A DNA stretch of 64,000 bases from Octopus sinensis (Eukaryota), in assembly GCF_006345805.1 (NCBI RefSeq), contig NC_043010.1, forward strand, positions 59,644,001 through 59,708,000, read 5' to 3'. Shown piece by piece: positions 38,301 to 53,686 of this stretch; position 1 is the first letter of the stretch; each line of letters opens with the position of its first letter. Made by a program: the position numbers and the translations under genes. The notes under the pieces were generated by a model. It saw only the letters and a program-made list of their open reading frames with translations. It did no database searches and was not told where the DNA came from.

Positions 38301-40213
38301 ATTTTTGTAACTCAGGGACATTGTTTCATTACTTCCAACAGTATTTCTCCATTAATTACTTTATGTGAGATTAAGTGTTATCTTAGATACTTATTAGAGG
38401 GAATATCTGGCATTTGTGTGGCATAAAAATGACTCATCACTGAACTTGACATACACACATGGATGCCTTGTCATTTTTATCACTGAAAATTGTGTGTGTT
38501 TTGGTAGAGAAGCACCTGTTCATTTCACATGTACTTTGAACATAATCTATGAATTATAGATGAAACCCACGTCAACCTAAGAATATTATGGTAGAAGACA
38601 CTTGCAGAACGTATTATATAATGGTAGTGAATCTGAGACTTTCTGATTGCAAAATAAATGGTCTTAGAATTCAGTTATGCTTGCACCTGATACAATATTT
38701 TACACACAAACACACATGTGTGTGTGAAAACTAACTAGCTAACTTTTGCTTTCTCATTCTAAAATATTTAGAGGAACTTATTTGACATCACTGACATCAT
38801 TTTGCTATATTTCAACATACATTCTGTCACTGGACTGCATGTGCATTATACTGTGGTGATGAACATTTCACTATGTGAAAAAATTACCAGGTCATTGCCT
38901 CCATTTATTTCAGAAACAATTGTCTACATACTAGGGAAACGTTTACATATTCTGCACTCTCTCTCTCTATACATTTCATAACACAGTATTATGAACTCTT
39001 CAGGATTGTATGGTTCTCATCATGAAATTTTGAAAATCCATGTAGGTTTATGAATAGAATGGAACTTGTCCTTTATACAGGAAAGTGAATATAATGTGTA
39101 CCAATGGTTTCATCTGAGCACAAAGGGAAATGAGGACTACCTGAAAGGATAAGAAAAGTGAACCCTAAATATGTCATTTATAGAAAATAACATCTTTAAA
39201 TATTGATAAAATAATAATATTTCTAAATCATCTTGTATCTTGGAAGGATCATTATGCCAATATCAAAGACATGCACTGGCTCTGTTTCACTTTTATTAGT
39301 CAACTTGTTAATCGTCAATTAACTTCTCAGTTGTTTGATTAATCATTCAGCCATATCTAATCAATCAGCTAGGTTCTTCAGAATCCTTTTATTGCCATTT
39401 CCAATTCCATCAATGGTACGCTCTCTCAGCTCCAAGTCTGTTTCCTAGTTTTCTGATTCTAGTTTCCTAGTTTCCTGATGTGAGAATGTGTGTGTGTGTG
39501 CGCACGCGCGCGCATGCATGCATGGTGTAGATTCTGTAGATGTGTGACAGGGAACAACCAAATACAAAAATGAAATATTTTGAAATCTTTCATCCAATTT
39601 ATTCATGTTATCATTAATAATGTGAATTTATTCATTTGTTAGTGTTTCTTACTTGATTTCTACCTATGTAACAATCTTTCTAGTAATTTGATGGGTTTCC
39701 TTACAAAATAGCTATCTGATGTTCTACCTATAGGTGGTCTGTTATGTGATACAATGATTGAAGCACAACTGTGTTAAAGAATTCATTGAAAGATAACGAG
39801 GAAGTCTACACTTAAAGCCTATTGTATTTGTTTTTGGTTTTGCTGAAGTTTTACAACATCAATTATCATTAAGCATCCTGGCATATCTTAACCCACTCTA
39901 ATCCAACAGATAATCATTGGATTATTAGTCAGATAAGGAATTTGGGGATGGTGAAACATAATTTCTTTGTTATTTTATATCTTAGTCTAGTAATTGTTGT
40001 GGACAAGAGACTTTTTATTAAAATCAGTATATATCTGTTGTCTGTGTGGATTATGCTTTAAGTTTATTTGATGTATATATGTGTGTTTCAGGAATCTATG
40101 GTGGTGCCCCACCTGATGTATCAAGCACCATTGAAAGAGACCATTACCAAGACAGATATGTGAAACCTCCAGAGAGACAGTTACCTTCAACACCAGATGT
40201 TGTTGTCAGTTAA
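35393..40213 (+). CDS. Pcdh: Protocadherin G4: join(35393..37747, 38092..38245, 40092..40213), ~876 aa
   Basis: Same architecture; closest to G2. Large exon starts at 35346; leader donor at 30764. Confidence 0.92.
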
Positions 40214-40660
40214 GTGAGACTGAGAAAGGAACACAACAGAAATAATATCACCTTCAACATTCACACAACATTTAAAACAACAGAAATATATTAGTTAGTA
40301 AATAATATTGCCTATATATGATAAATAGCTTCTTAAATCTGTTTAAGACAATATGTTTTATTTAAATCCTCAGATTGTTTCTACAGATGCAATACAAGTC
40401 AACATTGTTAGATCTGCCCTATCAAATTCTTCAGTACTTATAGACTGGTAGATACTTGTCCTGCAGAAATACAATTTATATTTGAAACAGGAAATTGAAT
40501 TATCTTAGAAAATAAAAATAAATATTTAAATTATATTGTAAATATTAAGACTTAAGAAAGTATATTTTACTTAGTTTACATATTTATTTTATAATTTTAC
40601 AAATATATCTGAAATGGAATACATAAGAATTAGGTCACCCACACATTCCCAGTTGTTGTC

Positions 40661-41149
40661 AATATTGTATTTACATTTTACATTACACACACATTAACAA
40701 CATCAGCCATATTTTGTTAATATAACCTCTCTGTTCTAAGGATTTCTATGTCAGTCTCTCTCCACATCAGACATGTTGGTGTTATATAGACTTATCATGG
40801 CTGACTGTTAGTGGAGCTGATAGTGTGTGTTCTCTCACTACTCTGTCTTTGTGTGTGAGAGGCAACATCAAGTCTGAGAGAGGCTGTAGTAAGCATCACC
40901 CATCCTACTCCTCCTCCTCCTCCCTTTCACACACACTCACACACACACACACACACTCACTAAACACCACACATCCACAAAGGAAGACTGAGAGGGAACT
41001 GCTGGTTCCCACTGACTCACCACCAACACTATTCCATCAACATGAAGCCATTGTCACACCATAGCAGCAGTGACACAGACAACCATTAACAACAGAACAT
41101 TGGGACCAAGTCACACTTTATACAACAAAGGATTTTACACAAAATGAAG
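40661..41149 (+). promoter_or_regulatory. Conserved promoter/leader module of G5
   Basis: Same blocks A and B; donor after 41149. Confidence 0.7.
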
Positions 41150-41491
41150 GTAAGTTTGTTATTCCATATTATTTGTTTCATCATGTGAAGAACCAATATT
41201 GTAACATCAAAAGTCTAATATTTTATAATAGATATGTGTCAGTTCTCATTTATTGCATTTCTTTCCAACATGGCTTTTATATATTTAGTAGGAAACAGGA
41301 AGGGAGTGGAAAATATGTTCATTTCTAATTTTACATAACATTATTAAAATTAATTACTGTTATCTTTGACGTATATCTAAAATTTTTCTATTCTATTTTA
41401 ACATTCACTCCACCGAACATTGTATAGTCTTAGACAATACCAAATATTAAACAAGATTATCAATTAAATATATACAGAAATGTAGGTTTTA

Positions 41492-41568
<77 letters not shown>

Positions 41569-41621
41569 TACAATTGCAGCACACGATCTCAGATCAAATC
41601 ACTTGCTATGCGAGTACACCT

Positions 41622-41686
<65 letters not shown>

Positions 41687-44600
41687 TATATATAATATCA
41701 ATTGATTGTGAAATATTATTTTCATGATTTTATCAGTTTAAAATGTGTGTGTGTGTGTGTGTCTCTTTGATTTCTAATAATATTTAAATCAATCACATCC
41801 TGCTCAAGATTTTCTCTCATTAGTCTTCTTCCTGGCCAGCTTCTGTCAACTCTCCTCCCCATGCATGCATGGAAGATGGACGTTAAATGATGATGATTTT
41901 TTTCATCAGTTATATTTATTTAGCAAAGTGATATAGAATATGTAACATCAAGGTTATATAAAGGATATTGATTTGCTGATGGTAACCTGCAAACTGGTGA
42001 AATACATGTTTAATTTGTATTCACTTAATCACTTTTTTAAAACCAAAATAAAGATAGGATGGTCATGGATGGAATACTTTTTGTCATTGGTCTGCTGGAT
42101 ACAAGCTTAGTTGGATAGAAACGACATTATCTTGGATAATTAAATGTATTACTAACATCAAATATTTCACTTCTATTTCAGAATATGTAATTAAAAATGA
42201 ATTCATTAAGAGGTTATTTATACTTATTTTAATTTTAATTTTTTTATTTTCAAAAGGTGGAAACAAATATCAATCTGTTAATTAGTTTACTTTATTTAAA
42301 AATTAATTTTCTATTTAAACAAAAATTTAATATTCAGTTGTTTCTGCTAAATTTAAAGTATTTTGCCAAATATAATCTCATTTTGATGAAACCCTTCCAT
42401 AAAAACAATATTTATCTCTGTTTTGATATTATTTTAACAATTATTTTGTGTTTTAGAAGCCAGCTTCTTATTTAATAAACCAAGCAATGAATCATATTAT
42501 TTTATTTCCTTCTGTTGAAGCTAATATACAAAATATGGAAATTATTCGTTGCTTGGAGTTAGAGATTTTGATAAAATAATATATATTTCTTATGTGTGGG
42601 AGACATTGAAAAGAAACTTATGTTAACAATTTCAAATGTTAGTTTTAGAGCTTAAATCTAAATATATTAACAAATTTTAATAGTTATGGTGTCATTACTA
42701 CCTTAAAAGGATTATAAATACTCAAGAAACTTTCGTTAATTTTCTTAGTTAACGCCTTTGCTATTATGTTATTATTATTTTTTTTACATCATCTTTGCCA
42801 AAGTAAGTTACAATAGATACGCACAACGCATCATTTATCGAAGGGAGATAATTCAAACTTTCCTATTTCCTTTTGTAGTAATTTCTCATTCTAGTATTTT
42901 TCATTGAAATCTTATATTAATTGGGTGATACAGGCTATTTTACTTTGCCATATACCATGCAAATGATAAATGTTATAGTTTAATTAAATATCCTCTGGAA
43001 ATGGATCGAAATCTGACTGATTGAATTGGCCCATCTTTATTTGTACCTCAAAACTAGACACATGAATATGTTTGATTCAGACTGTTGATCTAAAGAACCT
43101 TTAAAACCACAAAAGTTGCAGTACTCAAATCCTTCTAATTACTAAACCAAATTGTATATATTTAACTTCTCACAACCACCTTGAATGGATGTGAAAAGAC
43201 ACAATAACATTAGACTATGTTACTCTGAAATGGTCATAGAAATGTTAAAAACATTACCAACTCTCTTTTGTTTTTTAAGTCATAAATAACTATCATCATC
43301 ATCATCATCATCATTTAGCGTCCGTTCTCCATGCTAGCATGGGTTGGACGGTTCAACTGGGGTCTGTGAAGCTGGAAGGCTTCATCAGGCCCAGTCAGAT
43401 CTGGCAGTGTTTCTATGGCTGGATGCCCTTCCTAACGGCAACCACTCTGTGAGTGTAGTGGGTGCTTTTTACGTGCCACTCGCACAGGTGCCAGACAGAG
43501 CTGGCAAACGGCCACGAACGGATGGTGCTTTTACGTGTCACCGGCACGGGGCCAGGTGAGGCTGGCAACTATGTTCCTATGAATTAGTCAAATAAATCTC
43601 ATCTCACTAGCGTATCATTTTCATATTGGCTTTTCTCTTGTTAAATCGCAACATATGTGAGAAACTGAAAGAAGAGCAATGCAACTGCTGGTTCTCGTTG
43701 ACTCACCACCAAAACTATTCTATTCAACATGAAGCCATTGCTCCACCAAAGTGGCAGTGACGCAGGCAAAACCCTTTACCAGCCGAATATTGTGATTACT
43801 ACATCAATCTAACCACTTACTCTCAGACTAGAGGCCAAGTGTTGCAAAAGTGCTCCTGATGCACAGTGTACTGTGCCACTGGATTGGAAGGCAAAATTCC
43901 ATGTGTAGAGTCTGGATGTAAACTTAAGATGATGAGTTTGTGTTAGTGGATTGATAACTGAAAGCATCAGCCAGGGATCCGATTAATGGAACATACCTGG
44001 TTCCATATTGTGGTCAGCATCAGGTATTTCAGCAATCTACCTTTGGCAGGTATGAGAAAAGTCACTGGAAAATACCTTGTGGTATGACATTATGCATAAG
44101 TGTATGAATTCAACAAAAACTCTGGGTGGTGTCAGCTAGTATCCCTGGCCAAGCAAAAGCTTGGTAGGTGGGTTATGTATCCCTGGGGATATACATTAGG
44201 TGAGCATTCAAGCAGTGTATGTAACCATGTTACTAAATATGTATATATCTATTCTGTTTGAGAATATAATAGGTTTCAAGAGTAGGTATTTTGAGTACAT
44301 ATGAGGCAGACTGTAGGAAACTCTCCAAATCATGGTTAAAAACTAACTCCTTAGCAAAAATGGACTTGAGTGCTTGAGTAGAGCAGAATTCAAAAGATAA
44401 TCTTCTTTCCTTTGTATGCTTTGCACTTATGTAGGTTGTGAGAGATAGCATGAGAGAGAGAGAGAGAGTGATTGTAAATATAGATTTATCCCCGAATTCA
44501 TGTACAGTTGTATGTTTTTGTTATAGTCAATATCATATAAAGTAACAGATGCTTCAAGTTTTTTCGCTGATATTTTCTGATTCAAGTATCTCATTATTTT

Positions 44601-45324
44601 CCTAAGTCATCTAAAGATACAGAAATAATTAAATTCTCAACAGTTGCTGACCTTCAACTAAACACGGAAGAGTGCTACTCACATACATGGGATGGAGCAA
44701 TTCCTCCTCACACAAATATTTTTGACAGCAATCAAAAGTAAGAAAGAAAAAACAAAAGATTGCTCAGCTGACTAAGAAACAGCCACTGCTGATTTATAGC
44801 TATGCTCTTCTGTCTCTGATGACTCCTATGCTTCTGTTGCACCTTCTTCTCCTCTGAATGATCAAGTTAACTACCCAAAACCACTTAATACACCAATGTC
44901 TCCTTTTCTTAAACCTTCCATGATGCTCAGTTTAACACCACCATCTGGTTCTTCATTAATTTTCACTGTGTTCATTCTGTAGCAAGATTTTGGACAAAAC
45001 CTGTGACACACTAGATTTGTTTAGACATGTTTTCTTTTCCATTAGTCCACTGATCTAGAATTGCTTTCCCTGCAGTAACCTATAATGAATAATTGACTAT
45101 TTTTTTTATTGTGAATTGGTCATAAAAATCCAATCCATTTCATATATAAAATTGTATTGGCTTTTGTATTTTTTAAGGGTTTCTTATAATATAAAAAGGT
45201 AATTTCATGAGAAAAGACAAGGCTTACTTTACCAGACTTTATTAACAGATTAAATTTTTTCTGTTTCAGATTGATATTTGAAGTCATCTCTCCACTGGAT
45301 ATTATATTAATGCCAAAACCAGAC

Positions 45325-48300
45325 ATGTTGTTGTGTCTGTGTGTTTTGCTGACTTTCTTCCACTGTTATGCAAGTGAAGATATCACATACCATGTTAAAG
45401 AAGAGAATATTCCTCATACCTATGTAGGGGACATTGCTACTGACTTACAGAAATCAGACAGCTCCTTCTTAAAGAATAAGGATTTAATTACATTTAGTCA
45501 ACTGCAACAAAAGGGAGAACAGTTGTTCAATGTGACGAGAACAGGTAAACTGTACACTGTTGAGACATTGGATGCTGAGTCTGTGTGTAGTTATGAGAAA
45601 GAATGTTTTGAAATCGTTAAAGTTGCTGTTCACAAATCCAAGACATTTATGAAGATCTTAAAGATTAAAGTCATAATAGAAGACATCAATGACCACCAAC
45701 CTGAGTTTCTTAAGAAAGAAATCACAGTAATTTTTGGAGAGGGAGATCGAGATGGTATGAAGAAGGCTATACCTAACGCAGTTGATAAGGATGTTGGATA
45801 TCAGAACAGTTTAATTAGATATAAATTAAAAGATGGTTTTGGTCATTTTTCTTTATCTCAATCAAAATTAGCTGATGAAATATCAACATTAGGAATAATT
45901 TTAGAAGAGAAATTAGACAGAGAACAGAAAGACAGTTACAATATTGAGGTCATTGCTAAAGATGGAGGAACTCCACCAAAAGAATCTATTTTAAAGGTTA
46001 AAATATCTGTAAAAGATGAAAACGATAATGCACCACAATTTTCCCAAAGTATCTATAATGTTTCTATAGAACATAAACACAAAAAGAATATTCCAGTAGT
46101 CACATTATCTGCCAGTGATTTAGATACTGGCAGGAATGGTAAAATATCATATTATTTTGCTCAGAAAACTGATGTGAAGATGAGAAAATATTTTCACCTG
46201 AATGAAAATACAGGAGTGTTATATTTAGCTAAATCAATAGAATTTGGAAAAGAAGAGAATTTTAAATTATATGTGGAAGCCAGGGATAATGGTATTTCCC
46301 CTCTCAGTTCCCTGGCAATCATTCAGATAAATGTTATCAATGAACACAACAATCCCCCAAATATTGATGTGAACTTTATTTCTACACAGAATCACAACAC
46401 AGCTACCATTCTGGAAGACATCAAAGTTGGTAGTTTCATTGCTTATGTGATGGTCACTGACAACGATGTTGGACACAATGGAGAGGTGAACTGTCATATC
46501 AAAGACGACACATTCAAACTACAGTCAATGGGATCGAAGGAATATAAAATAGTTCTAAAGAAAGCAGTAGACAGAGAGACACAGGAACATTATCACTTTA
46601 CTGTGTCGTGTGAAGATAAAGGATTACCTGCTCTGAAAACTGATAAAGATCTGTCAATCCAAGTGTTGGATGTGAATGATGTAGAACCACACTTTACGAA
46701 AGACACATTCAAGTTCCTTACCTATGAGAATGACAAAGCTAATTTCCCTATTGGCTTTATCAATGCTACAGACCCAGATATTGGTAAGGGAGGTGAATTG
46801 TCTTATTCTCTGAGAAATAAACAGCAATATCGTCTGCCATTCCAGATTATCAACTCTGGCTTTATTTCAACAAACCAGTCTTTAGACAGAGAACACAGAG
46901 ATTTCTATGAGTTTGAGGTTTTTGTGAAAGACAATGGAAGCCCATCTCTGAATAACACAGTGAATGTTGAAGTGGAAGTATTGGATAGAAATGATAATGC
47001 TCCATATTTTACATTTCCTAGTGTTGACCCTTTCACTCTTAATGTCCACTATCATCCGCAAAGTAAGAACGACATCACAGTTCTGAAAGCATCTGATATA
47101 GACAGTCACATGAATGCTTTTCTCAGGTACGAAATCGTTTCAGGTAACGAGAGACAGTTATTTAAACTGGATTCGTTCACTGGTGTGTTATCTTACTCTC
47201 GCACAGTTTACCAAAATGATGCCGGATCATATGAGCTTGAGTTTGTTGTGAAAGACAGTGGTACTCCAGTTCTGTCGGCAACAACTAGTGTGTCTTTGAC
47301 ACTGACTGTTAGTAACAAGACGTCACCAATGTTCACAGCTGTGCACCTACCAAGTGATAACACAATAGATGCGACATTGTTGATTATCATTGTAGTAGCA
47401 GCTGTGATAGTATCTATAGCTATTGTGGTTTCTATAACCCTGTGTATTGTGAGATGTAACAATGTGAGAAATAGTTCATCTGAAAGAACAGCAGAAGAGA
47501 AACAGGCATACCAATGTCGCAATGAGATGAGACAGTTGATCTATCAAGGTAACAACAGTGTACCTGTGATGTCAGGTAATCAAGGAGAGATGTCAGACAG
47601 ATATGGTCATTCGAGGAGCCATTACTATCCTGAAGACTGGAAGACATCGACAATGAGCAGATCTCTTCAAAAGTCCACAAAGGTAAGCCTTACTTCAGTT
47701 TACAATTGTTAGTAAATAATGTGTAATTTGACAATTTTTTTCGTGATTAGTTTCACAGAAAGGTAAGCTTTCCTTTAATTAATGATCTGTTAGTAAATAA
47801 TGTGTAATTAACTCTGATTTAGCTCAGTGTTTTATACTTGACAATTATTCAGTGTTTTATATTTGACATTACGGTTCACTTGACCAATTATATATTATTG
47901 TTTTGCTTCATAATGTCCAAAATATATCTTATGTATGGTTAAGAAAATACCATTCCTGATATGGTGTTGAATACTTATTTATTTAATTTTTTTTACTGTG
48001 ATTACTGTTGTCCATTTGTTGTAAGATATTTTATAGCAACTGAAAGTCTGAGAAGACATTTACCAGGATAATAAGACACCTTTTTATGCATTACAGTCTG
48101 GCATCTTTAATATTTGTCAATAGGGTTACATCTGATTCTGTGGAAACTTCCAAGTTACAATTCAGATATCTTTGTAGATATCTAAGAGAGACTGTGGAAT
48201 CAGTTATTGTTAACAATTGTTTCTGACTTTAGCTAACTTATACTGTACATAATTCTTGATGGTAATGAGGAAACATAATGAGCGAAATTGTAAAAGTTTT

Positions 48301-49930
48301 ATTGTTTTGTCAGTGGAGAAATGGCAGTACTTATGCATTTTCCTACTGAAAGATTAAAAAATCTTAACAACAGATTTAGAACATTTGACTGATTGAATAC
48401 TTTAATAGCACCAAAAGCCTGTTATTATTACATATTTCACTGTCAGTCATAAATGTTATCTGTACAACATGTCTTGTTACTATTGCATTTTACAGCAGAA
48501 ATACAGTCAACCAATAGAGGTGACATCTTATGGAGACAACAGACCATCCTCTAACTATCCCACTGACACACTGACCAGTCGTAAGAGCAGTGGACAGTGC
48601 TGGAGTGAGCGGTCAAGCAGACAGTATGAAGAAATACCAGCAATGTCAGGTAAAACAATTTCATTCATTCATGTTTTGTTATTAATTTCATTAACATAAT
48701 TTAATTTTCACTCTGTCTAATTTCAGCAACTCAGAAATAATCTCTCATTGCTTCTTTTAATATTTCTTTATTCATTACTGTTATGATTGCTGTTACCTTA
48801 TTTTTCTATTCTGGATGTAGTGTTTCATAATGTCTACTTCATTAAAAGTATGCATCATATTGAGACGTATTGCAATGCAGATTATCTAGAAATCATCTCT
48901 GGGATAGAAAATGCCTCAGGGACTTTTGTGTTGTGATCTACAGCACAATTCAGACATTTGTCATTGGACATAGGTTTGTCAGTATAATAGAATTTGTTTT
49001 TATGTAAGAAGGTGAACATTCTAGTCTGTACATATTTAGATAATTTTCAAAATCTTTTATCTATCATGAATATTTCAACTATTATTAAAAACATAAATCC
49101 TCTTATTTATGTGTTTAACATTTATGGATTGCATCTTTACAATAATGTGATGGGTTTCATCATCATCATATCATCATCATCATCATTTAATGTCCGTTTT
49201 CCATGCTAGCATGGGTTGGATGACTTGACAGGAACTAGTAAAGCCAGGGCCTGCACCAGATTCCAGTCTGTTTTGGTTTGGGTGCTATGGTTTGATGCCC
49301 TTCTTAATGCCAACCACCCTACAGAGTGTACTGGATGCTTTTTATATGGCACTTACGTGGAAACTTGATTTTAGGATTTCAGTTCTGTTGTGGTGGGCAG
49401 GTTTTCGCAAGTACAGCAGTGCACCACATATGTTGGTCTTCAAATGATAACTGTCTAATTTCCTACTTAGAACATTATCACATACCCTACTATTGCTGTG
49501 TTAGAGATGCACAAAGAATCCATTGAAATACAATGTTTAGAATCTACACTTAAACTATATTGGATTCTGCTGAATTTTCACAACATAAAATATCATTGAC
49601 TGAACTGACTTAATCCAACATATAACCATTGTATATTTTTGAATACGATTCCTAAAGATTTTAGGGATTGTTAAAGGTATCTTTAATTATTGTTAGTTTA
49701 TATATTAGACCTGTGAAGTTAGCAGGCAAGGCATTGATTACTAATATCAATAAATAACTACTGGCTATATGAACTATGTAATAAGTATATTTGATATGTG
49801 TGTTTCAGGAATCTATGGTGGTGCCCCACCCGATGTATCAAGCACCAGTGAGAGAGACCATTACCAAGACAGATATGTGAAACCTCCAGAGAGACAGTTA
49901 CCTTCAACACCAGATGTTGTTGTCAGTTAA
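45325..49930 (+). CDS. Pcdh: Protocadherin G5: join(45325..47682, 48496..48649, 49809..49930), ~877 aa
   Basis: Same architecture; closest to G3. Large exon starts at 45270; an extra in-frame ATG lies at 45310; leader donor at 41149. Confidence 0.92.
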
Positions 49931-50106
49931 GTGAGACTGAGAAAGGAACACAACAGAAATAATATCACCTTCAACATTCACACAACATTTAAAAGCAACA
50001 GAAATATTTTAGTTTGGTTATGATATTGCCCACATATGACTGAATATCATCATATTTGTCACAATGTATTATATATGACACTCTCCCCCCCCACCTCTCT
50101 CTGTAT

Positions 50107-50146
<40 letters not shown>

Positions 50147-50483
50147 CTTGGGGATATTTCCTCAGATGAAGAGAATCAAAACCTTTAGACATAAATGATT
50201 TCAATCAAATTGTGATAAAGAAATTAGGTAAAAATTAGTCAAGTCATATATTTTAGGTACTTAAAATTATACATTCCATTTGGAAAATACAATATAATAT
50301 TTAAAATGTTTACTAATTTATGATATGAATATTTAATTTTTTATATAAATTATGCAGAAAATGTTAATATATGAGAAAATATATTTCACATGGCTAAGAA
50401 ATAAACATTTCGTTGTTTATGCTCATATAAAAGATTTAGTTTAGAATTAGGTCAGACACACACACACACTAACTGTTATTGTC

Positions 50484-50996
50484 AATATTGTATTTACATT
50501 TTAAATTACACACACATTAACAACATCAGCCATATTTTGTTAATATAACCTCTCTGTTCTAAGGATTTCTATGTCAGTCTCTCTCCACATCAGACATGTT
50601 GGTGTTATATAGACTTATCATGGCTGACTGTTAGTGGAGCTGATGGGATGTCTTCTCTCTCTGTATATGTATATTTCTCTCCTTTTTCTTTGTGGAGAGG
50701 AAACACAACATCTAGTCTGAGTGAGGCTGGAGTAAGCATCACCCATCCTCCTCTCTCCCTTTCTCTCTCATACACAAATATTCAACCACACTCACACACA
50801 CATACATTAAACATCACACATCCACAAAGGAAGACTGAGAGGGAACTGCTGGTTCCCACTGACTCACCACCAACACTATTCCATCAACATGAAGCCATTG
50901 TCACACCATAGCAGCAGTGACACAGACAACCATTAACAACAGAACATTGGGACCAAGTCACAGTTTATACAACAAAGGATTTTACACACAATGAAG
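50484..50996 (+). promoter_or_regulatory. Conserved promoter/leader module of G6
   Basis: Same blocks A and B; donor after 50996. Confidence 0.7.
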
Positions 50997-52904
50997 GTAA
51001 GTTTATTGTTCAATATTATTTATCCATTTATGTGAAATAATAATTTTGCTTCTCACAAGAATATAATATCAAAATTCAAAATATAATATTCTAATGGTGG
51101 CCATATTAAATCTGTGTTAGTTCTCATTTAATGGCTTTCAAAGATTTTCTTCAGAGAAATAGTTAATTTAAAAATACATTTTTAAACTTGTATACTCATA
51201 ATTTTCACAAACATAAGTCCTTCATCATTACATTTGCATATTATTATATATTATTCATTAGTTATTGACATTGTGCATTCCCATTCAGTGACTCAACGAG
51301 ATATTGTTTAGTCTCTGTAATTATAAATTATTATACATAATGATCATTTAACTGCATTTAATACTATAAAAGATTTCTCTATTGAATTAACAATGTTACC
51401 AAATAACAAGAAAATTATTAATAATTCTCTCTCCTTCACATATAAGTGTCTGTCTGTGTTTCAACTTGACTGTGTGTCCTTATTCCTGTCTATGTTTGTA
51501 GTAAGGAGACCATTTTCTCATAAAAATGTATCTTGTTAAATTCATTTGATAGAATGTTGTTTTTTGGAAGATTACTTAATAAGTATGTTCCATTTGAAGG
51601 GGAAAATAAGTATTTTTGTTAACATTTATTTCTATGATTTAAAACATTTGAACCTATTAATATTGATTGTTTATTGCAGCAGTTATAATTCCTTTAAATT
51701 AATTATCCACTCACTGGTAATTTAATTTCTTCATAAGGTATATTCATGTCACTCAACTGTTACTCTAAGTCTGTCATATATTGTTGTAACCATATAACAA
51801 TTAGAAAATTAAATGTTTTTATATGTATAACAGAGTTTTCATTTAAAAATAAGGAATATAATTACTTGGTATGTCTTATTTATTAATTATCTCACACAAG
51901 TTTATTTATAAAAATATCTTTGTAATCGTTTCATTTTGCCTACATGCCATATTAATGGCCAGAGGTAAATCTCTTAATAACATATTGCTATCAAAGATGT
52001 CCTGTGAACACTAACAGCTAATTTGTATGTTGTCTAGACATGCAGTTGAATCAAGTAATGAAGTATTTCTTTGTAATTAACTTTTTCCATATATACATAT
52101 GTATATAGGTATGTACATACACACACGCACACACAATGGTAGAGAGATTATCAGTATCTAATGTGGACTGTAACGTTACCGTATTTTCCATTTTTACCTT
52201 TAACCCAAAATGCAAAAGCCATAACAGAATTTCTCTTATACATTATCATGTAATTCTTTTTCTATACTAAAAGATTGATATTTTCTCTATCTTTCCAACA
52301 TGATGGAAAACGTTAAAATTTTGACAAAGTGGTAGTTTTATTACATTTCAAGGGAAGTAACTCAAAATTTGTCCCTTTCCAATCATGAAATTGTAGAAAC
52401 GTCTTTTTATTCTACAACTGACAGAAATCATGTCTCCCTTTTTCTGTTTTGTTTTCTCTGTCATTATCTATCTTCTGATGTTTCTCTCTTCATCATTCAG
52501 TTCATTCCTCCACCATCTTCTGAGGCCATATTTCATTATATATACCCAAGAACTCTCAGTATAAGTAAGTTATGTACAGAGATGGAGTCAGCAAGGTGGG
52601 AATTGGCCATAACTAGAACACTGTATGAAGCATACAAGTAAAGTCCCTCAGGGCTTAGTTCTCAATACCCTTCTGTTTGTTACACTTCTGCAAGTCACTA
52701 CAGAGGATCTTAAGACCACCTTCCCATGCCAACTATTGTCTGTATGTCAACAACATCTTTCTTGTAGCTGAATCTGTTAAATGTTTAGGGAAGAAATTTT
52801 TTGCATGGAAGCTAAGCCTCGAATCATGAGGTTTGAACCTAAAGCTAGCGAATGCAAACTATGGAATGTGAATTACACCATAAAGTCCACACTTATGTGT
52901 TTAT

Positions 52905-52958
<54 letters not shown>

Positions 52959-53193
52959 ATATACATTCCACATATTTTATGTGTGTATATATGTGTGTGT
53001 GTTTGTATGTACATTTATGATTTTTTGCACCCAACCTTCGAGAAAGACTGGATTATGACAATCCATCTGGAGCTCTAACCATATCAGTAGCAGTCATCTA
53101 TTTGTACACACAATTTCTTATATATATATAAAAAAACTGACCTTTAGTTTTTCATACAAGTGTTGAAACGTGTATTGTATGATACAAATTAAT

Positions 53194-53686
53194 TGATAAT
53201 TTATTTGGAATGCTGAAACGCTGTTAGAACACCAGAAATATTGGATGAATTACCCTTACAAAGCAGAAAAATTTGTCAACAACCAGCAATAGAACTCAAA
53301 TCCACATCCCTCACTGACTCCAGCTGAGTGCTTTACCATTAAGCTAAACTGCCTGCTGGCAAATTTATCTACAAATTCAGATGTGATAAAGCTAAATGCA
53401 CAATTATCTGTATATAAATAGAAACAAACATTTTTTTTTATATAAGCATCGAAATATGTTAGTTTGTCTATATCTATATACACGTAGTGGTGTATTTCGC
53501 TTTATAGCATCTACATTTGTCAGTGGGCAGTTTAGCTTAATGGTAAAGAATTCAGCTGCAGTCTTTGAGGGCTATGGGTTTGAGTCCCATGGCTGGTTGT
53601 TGACAGGTTTTTCTCCTTTGTAAAGATAATTAACCCAATATTTCTGTTGTTCTAATGGTGTTCCTGTGTTTGAAAATAAATTATCA
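53194..53686. repeat. Long imperfect inverted repeat (foldback/MITE-like) in intron 1 of G6
   Basis: Matched arms, e.g. TTAGAACACCAGAAATATTGG vs CCAATATTTCTGTTGTTCTAA, TGTCAACAACCAGC vs GCTGGTTGTTGACA, and CTTTACCATTAAGCTAAACTGCC vs GGCAGTTTAGCTTAATGGTAAAG. Spacer of only ~15-20 nt. Confidence 0.8.

Larger units (their letters stand above)
30200..50450 (+). repeat. Copy 2 of the ~20.2-kb duplication (G4+G5); a third partial, more diverged copy runs to ~52860
   Basis: See copy 1. Homology with copies 1 and 2 breaks at GCTAGCGAATGCAAA (~52858) and resumes at lower identity from ~53040. Confidence 0.88.
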
